Part shown: in pieces, positions 23,501 to 35,300 of the stretch | Layout: each line of letters starts with the position of its first letter | Numbering within the stretch: position 1 is the first letter of the stretch | Assembly: GCF_963853765.1 (NCBI RefSeq) | Contig: NC_088859.1 | Coordinates: forward strand, 43,834,001 to 43,898,000 | Direction: 5' to 3' | Length of the DNA: 64,000 bases | From: Magallana gigas | Taxonomy: Eukaryota | Notes under the pieces: model-generated | Told to the model about the DNA's origin: nothing | Database searches by the model: none | The model's input: the letters and a program-made list of their open reading frames with translations, nothing else | Position numbers and translations under genes: made by a program

Positions 23501-25339
23501 TCTAAGATCTTTGTTCCTTGACTTCTAACTTTTGTAAACCTGTGAACCAACAAAAGATCGTTGAAGAAATGATTTTCACCCAAAAATTTAGTGTCACAGT
23601 TTGTTATTGTCTACACATTGTTCTCCAACGTCTCATCCCCCATATGTCAATGTTAACCCACATTCAATTAAATGCACAAAAACTTCATAATTTGATTGTT
23701 CATATTCTTTCTTATTTCATGCAAATTAGTCATTAACATTATCTAAAATGACGCAAAACATTATTGTTAAATTGACCCAAAGCTTAATTGCCCTTCGCTA
23801 GCACCTTAAAAAGTTTTTGTGCCTAAATCAATTTACATGACTATCCAAATGAGATTTGAAAGCAATCGAAATATTCCAAATTTTAAAACCTTTAGTGATA
23901 TATAATATTTGCAAGAGTGTTTACTATGGCTTGACACAGAATAAGCAGTTTTTTTTAGGAAATTCTATACTACTGTGTATTGCATTGCTCCTTGGGTGCC
24001 ATATGGTTCGTTTTATAGCATATATTACAAGGCAGGATTATTTAATCTGCAGCAAGTATCATGTCTGCTCTGGAGCATGCAACACACCTTGTCTTTAGTA
24101 ATTATGAAAATAAATAAGATTTTGCCATCTCTATTTCCTATCGATGCAAACACAATATAATATTACGCAATAGATCTATACAATAAATACCGTTTTGCAA
24201 ACTTGGAATGCAAATTATGCAACTTTTACTCCTTCGATCAAAAGTCCAGGCGAATATCTCACAAAAACTTTTTTTGATATATATAAAACACAAACTATAT
24301 TCTCATTTGTTGAAGTAATTGTTAATGTAACACCAATGTAAAGTTTTCTCATACAGCAAAATGAAAATCTTATTCGCCTCCGATTTCTTCAACAGCATTT
24401 TCAACTAAGCAAACTCATACATCGTACCTCTATAATGTACCCTATGTATTCAAATCAATGATGCAATGAATGTGAAATTCTGGAAATCTGGCTATATTCC
24501 AAACAATATTTTGTTTTACTTCTTTTAAGTCGTTGCACCACCATGTCATCAGAACTAATACTTTCCAAACAGAAAACGTCATTGAAATTCCGGGGAAGGC
24601 ACAGGGTAAAACCAGACTTTCACAAGACTAACTATCTTCTCTTTGAATTCGGTATTGTTTTAAACATTCAGATAAAAAGCTCTATCTAATGTACGTTCTT
24701 TATTTCGTTGTGTTTTTGTTTTACGTAAACGAATATAAAAAAGCGCTGCTTAGTTTTGGAGTTTAACCTGTAAACAAAATTTAATGAGGCCCATAGGTAA
24801 TGTTGCTCACCTGAATGCTTTCTTTGGCGATTCATCGGAATATGAAGGTAGCGACATTGCAGAAAAAAACATAACCCGCGGTTATGTAAATTTTTTCTGA
24901 AATGATCGCTACCTTCATAACCCGCATGAATCACCAAAGAAAGCATTTTATTATTTATATTAACATCTTTCTTTCAACTAATTAATAAATAGATTATGAA
25001 GAGTTATTAAAATACCGTTAATGTACACAAGTACGTTAGCAAAAAGAAACAGCCAAATCGTCTCCTGTGAGACTTTGAGTCTGACATCATCATGATTAGT
25101 TTGTGCAGTCCGTGATTTTTCTTAGGACGCTGTTGGCTTTGACCAATTGATAAACAGGGCTTGTCAATTTTAATCCTGTCACTTTCTTATTAGTTTCAGC
25201 CGCTGTAGATTTCGACCAATCGATAAACGGGGCATGTATATTTCAGCCTGGCTGTTTCTATAGAGCTATGAATTAACTACAAGTTTCCGTAAGAGATAAA
25301 AGAAATAATACTTGGTAGATGTTAATATATAGAAATGAT

Positions 25340-25500
25340 GTGAATTCTACAGCGAACCGTACGTGCATAATTTACGCGCATGTAACAATTCGCTGTGTTA
25401 CCTGTTGCCAAATGTGTTGCTAACACTGAGGGTAATAGAACAGATTATAAACTACAACTAAACAAATCAGATTTCAGTTTTTAACATGAAAGTATAATAA
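25340..25500 (-). repeat. Fragment of the dispersed repeat also found at 51940-52300
   Basis: GTGAATTCTACAGCGAACCGTACG...CTGAGGGTAATAGAACAGATT is the reverse complement of about 51940-52100. Confidence 0.7.
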
Positions 25501-26342
25501 AATTAAATATAAACTTATGAACATATGTTGCATGTACCAGGTACATTTCATGATTCCCCAGATGTAACTATATTCTTTGAGAAAACTGCGGATCAATTTT
25601 TAAAATTTTATTTCTAGACGGACCATCAATTACTTGGCAATCTATCCTTTTATCTCATGGTTAGTTTTACTGAACAATTCAGTGCATTATATTGATAATT
25701 ATCAAAACTAATGTTCAAGACATCCAGACTTAACTTCAAATTAGAAAACAATAAAAAGTAATCATGGTGAAATGGAAAACATTCAAGTTTTATTTAAATA
25801 TAAAAATATATTTGTATCAAAATGGTTAATGACATATAAAATAGCAGAAATACTTTTCAAAAACACATACAAACACATCCATCAATGAAACTGTGTTTTT
25901 TTTATAATCTATCATTCAATAACAAACAGTAGAAAAATGGAGCATTTCATATCATTGTGCTAGTGCAAAAGAATCCATGTATGTATAAATTACAATTTAA
26001 CAACTTGGCATCTTAAGATCTGATTTCAAATACTGATGTCATCTTCAAGATTTCTCTATCAATCAGAAAAATGTTTTAGAATACAACAAGACTTGTTAAC
26101 TTCCGTTGACAATAGATTTCATACAAACCCCCAAAGAAAAACACTTCGACATACATGAATAAGCTTCAAGGAGAGCATGAATTACTAGTACATCCTAGAA
26201 TTTTTTTGAGATTGTTCTCTCCTAATCTAACAACATGGCAAGTAATACATTGAAGTAATACATTTCTCTGTCTGTATGTCTCTAGTATTTGATGATGATT
26301 CAGCACTATTGCTGGGTATCAATGATTTAACACGTTGCTAGG

Positions 26343-29300
26343 TTACATCACTTCTGTCTCTATCCTGTAATCCTCTTCGGCAGGCTCCGACAGTCGTGGG
26401 GTGTCTTTGGGACTTGGAGGGGGGCTGGGTGGGGGGCTAGAATCTGGACTAGCATCCCTAATTTCTACATTGATCTCATCGATCTGCTGAGGAATAGGTT
26501 CTGGAGCTCTCTCATCCAGCCGGCCCTTCCCGACTTTGGCATACATTGGTTCTCGAGGAACTGGTTCATCGTTCTGGAAGCCGGAGTTATCATATATCTT
26601 GAACTCTGGTACTTGTTGGAAAGACTGGAAAGATACAATACAATAGTTATAGCCCCTGCTGCAATTTCTGATTATACTTGTACCTGATTTCCTTTTTATT
26701 TGAAAGATATCAATAATATAGAAAAATGCTTCTAAATGTTCCTCCTGCGGCTCATTACTTACTGGATCATACCCTCCTCTGAAACTGCTCTTGTATCCTG
26801 TAAATAAAAAAACCCATTAACATTACGTTTTAGTCCTTATATCAGTGGTAGTAAACTATCTCATTTTAAGTCATCACGATTTTGATACATGCAACAAAGG
26901 CATCTTTTTAAAACATATTCAACGCTTACGCAGTCTCTCTTCTTTCTGTTTACGCCTGCAAAGCAAAGAAAATAGCGTCAAAAACTGCCTTAACTAAACA
27001 GCGTGCATCTTTTTAAAAGGTATCAAACAAAGAATTTGTATCCTTTGTTGAATAACTTGTTATTAGTTTAAAGATCTTGAGGCCGTATACCATATTTTCT
27101 TTTTTTTATAATGATTATCATGGAATATTCTTACAAAAGATGATCATTTACTACAGCTAACCCATTGAATATCTTCAAACAATTCAGAGTTATCCCCCTT
27201 TAACTGCTCAAAACAATTTAAGAAGAATCATTACATGAATAACAGCTAAACTATCATATATAATGTTGATTATTGATGGCCTTGAACTCTGACCTGCTTC
27301 TGATACACCAACATGCCAGCAGGAGGAAGAGGAGAGCGAGGATGATGAGGATGATGACCAATATCATCACCACCATTGTAGGCGTCCGGTCCAGGTAGTT
27401 CTTCTCTTCATTGCCCGCCTACATAAAACACGAACATTTAACTTTTTATTTTATTGCATATATTCATACACGTACTGGTACCAGAATGTATTGCCTCAAA
27501 TTACAGGTTCTAACGGTAATGAAATTATTTTTCCTTTTTTTTTTTCTTTTTTTTTTTTAGAAGTTCTTCACATTATTCAACGTCAAAACTTCATATTAAC
27601 TAAAGTTAAACCTTAGAACCTCAGTGCATCTAACTTTTTGTGATTCAAACTCATACATGAAAGTTTTAAGTGAATGGCAAGCAGTTGACAAACATTTTAA
27701 AATTTGCCTGTGTGAACTTGGTTGGTAATTAATAAATGAACATATACATGTTTCCTAATTTTTAAACTCATAGTTTTGTTGTTTTATTTCTTGGTAATTA
27801 CTCCATTGAAATTTTCAATGCTATCAAGAAGAGTCTAATGTGCAAAGTGATGAACACCACAGAACAATTCTTCAGGGAGACTGACGGCATAAAAACTGCA
27901 AACTTTACAAAACATCATACCTCAATGTTCTGTATATATAACATATCAAACTGGTCACTGTTGGCTGATCTTTGTTGGTTTAGGAGATTCAGTAATTCAG
28001 TCGTGGGATAGATGTAGTATGAGGCTCCGTTATAGTTACGACGGATGCCAGATATGTACACGTCAGACCTGAAGAAACAACATACAGTAACACAGGTCAG
28101 CTGATTCCTAAAATGTTAACATATTTAGAGGTACTTTCCACAAATTGTGTCAATCTCCTTTCAAGAATTACTGTAGATTCCTTATTAAATGTGAGGAATT
28201 AATATCGATGTAAAATCACGAGTAGCACATCTCACGGAATTTAAAGTTTTGGTTTTTTTTGCCAATGTAAACTACAGGAAACTATGAAAAAAAATTGGCA
28301 TTCTTGCAATTTGATGCAAAACAGTTAAATTGCAGAAGTAATTAAGTACCCGCATAAAATAAGGAATCTACACTAACTAAAATCTGTTACAAATCATTAA
28401 TGATTTAATTATAAATGTTTACTGTGTGCACATTAATTATCATAAATACAGATAAAGCTTTCAATTGATTTTATAGTCAAAAAGTGGATGACGGTAATTC
28501 TAACAGAAAACCATTTCAATCACAGTGCAGTGTGGATTAATATTAGACTGGGGAATAAATCATAGCATCACCATTGCATGTCAGATGACCTGAAAATCAA
28601 ACCATTTGTATTGTATTCAAACTGTTTTCAACGAACTAAAAAATCCTTGAAATAAGCATTTGACTATGAAAGACTCAAAACACACACTGAATTCTCTTAA
28701 AAGCAGTATATTTTCCATACGAAATGTTTCCACAAATACACGGTAAAATACAGTTACATTTAGATACTAAGTATGCCTTAATTTACAAATCTAAATTTGT
28801 TTTTAAGGTGGTTTGGGCAACTGTCAATAATAATGTGGATAAATATACATTATAATAAAAGAACTTTCACCCTTTTATAATTTAAAATTTTTACAATATT
28901 TGCCCCCAAAAAATGTTTTAAAATTTTTGGGAAAGGTATAAATTATAAAAGCTCCAGCGGGATTTGATCTCATGACATACAGATTCGTAATTTATAGTTA
29001 ACGCTCTATCCAATTGCATTACATTGTAATAAGGTAGCTATTCCTGGAAAGAAAAAGTTTATAAAATTATACTTAATTTCAATCCGAAATATGTCATAAC
29101 ATAGAGGTGTCCCATACCATCTAAAGTAACCTCATTGTATTTCGCATTGTAAGTGATCACATACCAGATGGATGTAGTCTGTCCATCATCTAGAACATGG
29201 TCAACAATTTGGGTGGCGCATACAAAGTCAAAAATAAAGTCACCATTCTGTAAGGTAAGTTTCTGGAGGGATCTGTAAGGAAAAATTGTCGAATATAAAT

Positions 29301-32300
29301 AGTGGTAGTTACATAATCAAATGAATTCTAAGTGAAGAAATTAGTTAAAGCACTGTAAACATTGTATTTGTAACAGTTACAATTATGCTGAGAAATTATC
29401 AAATTTGTTGGGGTCAATTCTTTGATAGGTACAAGCAAGAAAATATTCAATGCCATGTCCATGACATTTCTTAAAAACTTTTGCAAGTTTTTGGATACTG
29501 GGGCCATTTTGGATATCCACAACGTCAATAAACTTTGTATGATTGCAGGCATGCACACAACAAAGGTAAAAACTTACTTCTTAATTTGTTCAAAGAACTG
29601 CCTGACTTCAGTAGCTGGTTGTCTAAGAACCAACTTGACCTGTCTAGTCGGCTCGGTCACAAATATCTGCACACAAAAATAGATGTCAAATTAATTCCTT
29701 GTTATTTCAAGAAACTGTAGATTCCTAATTAAAGGCAAGGAATTAAGGTGGAAGGCTACATCGTCACAACATGTCTGACATCTGTTTGAAACGCCATTTT
29801 GTTCCGGATTGATAATATTTTGTCATGGTACAAAATATCTATACATCTTCTAACGAGGGAGATGATATAGGAATAAAGTCACCAGAACGCTTATAAGTAT
29901 GTCAATTTTCTTCCTGTTTAAAGCTTTCAATTAACGTTGATTTTCAGCTGTTTTGTACGGAAAACGTGGAATTTAAATCATTTACTGTTTCACTGCTATT
30001 GTCAATACATTTTAGACATGTCATCTGCAACAGACGATCATACATTTGTGATGGATTATTGATATAGGTAAGCAGATATCATATTTTCACTTAAACTATA
30101 TATGTATGATGAATATAAAATGAAAGTACCATAAGTACGATCCCTTGAATTGATCCCAATTTCCCAAATGTAAACTACTTGCATTGAAACTTAGACATTA
30201 AACTAATGTATTTTGATTTAAATAGAAAAAGCTAGGTACATGTAGCAATAGCATGCAGTGGAAGCCCGTATTTGCAAGCCAATTGAGGGAAGGACAGAAT
30301 TCTGAAAAGGAGCATGTTTTTCATTTCCACACGTACATGTGTATCACTATGGACATCCAATGTATGTATAAATATGCGTATGGTTATTGTTTATAATTGC
30401 TATTGTATATAAAAAAGTAAAAGGCAATTTCACTACTAATATTTTGTTTTGAATAGTTAAATATATATAATGCGTTCATCAAAAATATAACTTTTCATCT
30501 TCAAATATTATCATAAGCACTACAAATCTTATATATACATATTTAGCATAGACTTGTTCCTTTTTCTTTTTTTTTCTTCGTGAATTTTATTAATTAAAAA
30601 ATGGTCCCAAGATATTTGAGACCATGTAAAATAAAGAAAGACAACTCTTAAACAGGATCTTTCATACCAAGATTTTTGCAATAATTCAGTATTTTCTTTA
30701 ATTTTTCAATTTCATTCAATTTCTTTTTTTTATCCTATTAACCAACGAATCTTGTTTATATTTTCAGATTTTTGTGGGATTTTGTCCAGCAGTTTGCCTT
30801 AAAAGAATTTTTTTATATTTAAGTTTCATATTTTATGTGGATTCCAATAAAAATCATACAAACTTCATTCATGATGATTTTGTCTTTTATTTCTAAACTT
30901 AATGACATTTCACTTCATAAGAATTTTAAAACAGAAATGTTTAAAAATTTGATAAATAAGGGGTTATCTGGAACCAGACTGATATTTTAAAAATTCTCTA
31001 CAAAATAGAGTATTGTGTTTTGAGGTCTATTATTGTTGATTATTGTGCCGAGTATTAGTAACAAATGCATGCAACAAAAATCTCCTACACTTATTTGGTG
31101 TAGAGATCCACCTTAATATCCACTTAAAATTGCGAGAAGCACACCTCGCAGATTTTAAAATATCGCATTTATCTTTCAGACATATATAAACTAAATGCGC
31201 GTTCACGATTTTATGTTCTCGCAATTTGATGCAAGACACTTGAATCACGGAATTAAGTACCCGTGAAAAAAAAGGAATCTTCAGTAAACAAAACCTTTGA
31301 AAAATGTACCAGTTACTGTGGTATCAACCTACCAGGGCTGTGGTGTTGTGATACAGTGTTCCCTGGTCTGTGGCCCGGAGCTTCAGGTCAAAAGTCTGTC
31401 CCCCGTAGCTGTTCATCAGGACCGCATTATACAGGACACCGGAGCGGGAGTCAATCCCAATCGCATTATCCCTGTTCCCCTGCTGAATGGAGTAGGTCAC
31501 AGATCCCACAGAGTCTGCATCCACAGCCTCCACCTTCAAAATGCTCTGACCAAGGGAAGAACGGACAGAGATACCTTTAGAAAACGAGAGAAAACATATC
31601 ATTCAGTAACACAATCACTATGGTGTTAAAGCAAAAAGAAATTTTCACCACTATGCATACAGATACAATATACAGCTTGAAATGTCATAGCACTGTAGAT
31701 CAATTTCATTTTGGGAGATCTCATTTCCATCAGAATATAGTTAATTCATTATTATTTGCAATATACAATTTTTCCTGATTGAAAAACAGGAGATTGACTT
31801 GTATGACTAACCTTGACAAAAAAAACTGTTGTTTTTTGCAAAACAAGTTCATGTTTAAATAGTTATCACAAATAAGCAGTGATTTACAGGGTCCTTCATA
31901 GATAAAAATACCCCCACTTACACCCATGGTAGAGATTCTGGGTAAAATCTGGTCGAACATCGTTGGCATTCTTGATCTGGATCCTCCAGGTGGCGATGCT
32001 TGGATCCATGGCCCTCCGGCGCCGACTCCGGATGACTGTGTAATCACTTATATTGTTAGTGGCTTGTATGTCCAACAGATACACACTCTGTTCTTCTCTA
32101 TCCAGCCTCTTTGTCAAAATCAGATCTCCAGTCTCAGGAATCAATCGGAAATATCCCTTCTCATTTCCACCTAGTAAAGTAATATAATAATATAAATAAC
32201 ATTATCTTTTATCATCTATATATTCTTTTTTATTAAATTTTTTTAATTCTCATATTAGCAAAGCTTGTAATCTATTAAAAAAATATCAATGTAAACAAAG

Positions 32301-35300
32301 CATGTTTGAAACTTTAACATAAATATAATTTTTTTCTAGTGTGGTCAAACATACATGTAATTGTAGCAAGTTTTCTTTTTTTACTTTTGAAGCTGCACAG
32401 TACACTTACTGATGATGTAATAGAAGACCTTGGAGTACTGAGCATCATCTATGTCCTTGGCCTCAAAACTACTCCCAAGCAGTCTCCCAAGGGAAGAGTT
32501 GACTGGTTTGTTCTCATCAATGTCCTCAAACTGGATCTCTTTTGTCTCACCATTCTAAATTTATCCGTAAGTTTTTGTTATAACAGTACAGAAGCACACC
32601 ATCGAAATCTTAATCTCCATACACAGTATATTCAAATAAACTGCAAAGAAACTCATTTCGGATTTTAACTGTAACTGCAGATCATACTTACAGAATTGGT
32701 TGGAAATTTGGGATCATTATCGTTAACATCCAGGATTTTGATGGATAAATACCGCGTGGTCTCCAGGAATGGGTCTCCTCGATCACGGGCAACAAGCAGA
32801 AGCTGGAAATAACATCACTTGCATGTAAAAAGCAACCAAATGAAAAATAATGGTAAAATAGTGCAAAAGGATGTGATAGTATAATACAATGAAGTCCTTT
32901 CAATACCAGGTAGCGGTCTCGGGTCTCCCTGTCGTACACCTTTTCGGCTCTGATGACACCTGTGATTGGGTTGATACGGAACTCATTGGTGATGGTGGTG
33001 TAAACACCATTGACATAGAATCCATAGTCAATGATGCCGTTATCATTGCGATCGGAGTCCTTGGCTTCCACATCGTACACCAACATCCCGAGGTACTGCT
33101 CCTGTAATTATAAGAAAAACTTTTTAAAAAACAGTGGCAGGTAATGCATTTTGTTTAGTTGATCACCATTAATGGCTCAAATGAGAATAATAGTATTCTA
33201 TTAGATGAATCATTGAACAACACAAGACTCTGATCAAATACTATGCCTAAAGCATTGGCTACGTCAAGATACCAAACATTGTCTGCAATCTGTGGACAGC
33301 CTTGCAAAAACTATATTGACTGTGGGCAAATCTCCTAATAAACCATGTCCTATTCCAGTGGATTTCTCTACATTTTTGTGAAGGAATCTCCTCAAATACT
33401 AGCAGGTGCTTATAAACAGTAGCATGTTTTCATAACCTGATACCTGATTTCATTTATTCAAAATACAACAAGTTTATTAGTTGATTTATTAAATAAATGC
33501 ATGTATTCAAGAAGGAGAAGAATTTTCATTGAGTTTGCCTCCCGTCAGTAAGCATACGTGAGTCTGGCCATGGAATTCCAACATTAGAAACCAATATACC
33601 CTTCCTTGACTTAGATGAATGACCTTGAATTTATTAGGATGACATACCTCTAATACATTGATGGTCATGTTGTCTAAGGGTGGAATGGTCCATTCTGGAG
33701 GAGAGTTTGTGGCCTCTAGGACAATAATGGTAACTTTGGCTGTGCTATTAAACGGTCCACTCCCACCTTCATCACGGGCCATGATGTGAAATACGTAAGT
33801 CCCAGAATTCCTCAGCAAGCTTCTATCTACACGAATTCTACCATTTGTTGGTTCAATTGCAAAGAAATCTGCATTGAAAAAAAAACCACCTTTATCATTT
33901 AGCAAGTTTCCGGTACATCAAATGAATGAAATCAAATAGAAATTCTACAACTGCATGAACACAATAATTTGTGTACTGTGAATATCAAGCATAGACAGAA
34001 GGACTAGCATCTGAGTTTACTCACTGTCAGTCTGGATTTACTCAGTCTGAGTTTAATTACTCTCAATCTCATTTTAGTCAGTATGAGTTTAATCACTGTC
34101 AGTCTGGGTTTACTCAAACTGAGTTTAGTCACTGTCATTCTTAGTTTAGTCAGTCTGAGTTTACTCACTATCAGTCTGTGTTTACTCATTGCAAGTCTGA
34201 TTTTACTCACTGTTAGTCTGAGTTTAGTCACTGTCAATCTTAGTTTAATCAGTCTAAGGTCACTCACTATCAGTCTGAGTTTAGTCACTGTCAGTCTCGG
34301 TCTACTCACTGTCAGTCTCAGTCTACTCACTGTCAGGGTCTCCTGAGCCAGGCACCTTGGAGAACTGTAACCTGGCATTGTTCCCATCATCAGGATCGCT
34401 GGCAAACACCTGCAGCACGTGGGTGTAGATAGGAATAGTCTCAATGATCTGCTGGAGATACTCGGGCTGGTTGAACTTTGGAGGGTTGTCATTCTCATCC
34501 TGTAGGGTGATGTACACCTGGAGGGAAAATGGATTCCAACATTAGGACGAAACTAAAACTTTTGCGTTGTTCACATGTTGAACTCTAAACAAAGTGTTTT
34601 GAATCTCCTTACACAAGCTACTTCCACTAATACATGCATTTTTTAGAGGGTTTGAGTAGCGTAAAGCGCTACAGAACTTTCAATAAATGGTTCATTAAAA
34701 AACATAAGTCTGACTCGGATTTTAATCATGAAAACTTACTGTAACAGTTGAGAATCTGCGAACAACCGCATCAAGAGGGCTGTCGTAGGCAGTGACCTGT
34801 ATGTCGAGTTCCCTCAACTCCTCACGATCTAATTTTGCTCCCGGTGCAACAAATATTTCCCCCTTAGTAAAAAATAAATCACATAAATAATAATAAGAAT
34901 TTTTTCAAACTGTTCATGTAATAATCATTATGTACATGTTGGTTTTAGTGATACTAGTTTATCTAAAGAACTCACCGAGATGTTGTTAATGGTAAATCGT
35001 GTTTCCTCGGAATCCAAGGCATATCGAACAACCCCATAGTCTCCTTTGTCTTTATCAGTTGCAAAAACATTTGTCACAAATTTTCCTCCCTTCGAATTTT
35101 CTGGTATACGAACTGTGTAAGCACCCTGCAATAAATAACAGAAGCTTTTCTAGACATATAACTAATACATGCATTCATATGCAAATACACAACTCCATAG
35201 AGCAAAATTTAATGAAATATAAAATGATTACAGATATATCTCATGAATCATATGTGAAATCACTTAAGTTGGGACGACTGTTTACTCTTTCTGATTAAAT

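Noticed and set aside
26460-26797. Alternative cadherin A C-terminus via donor at 26772 or skipping exons 35-36 (52 open codons)
   Set aside because: Open alternative frames of this length are common; the donor at 26762 is a consensus GTAAGT and gives the motif-rich tail.
34004-34498. 164-aa minus ORF and 87-aa plus ORF with LTVSKLR/SLSL repeats
   Set aside because: Alternative frames of exon 24 plus the 21/15-bp array; the cadherin frame stops right after the donor.
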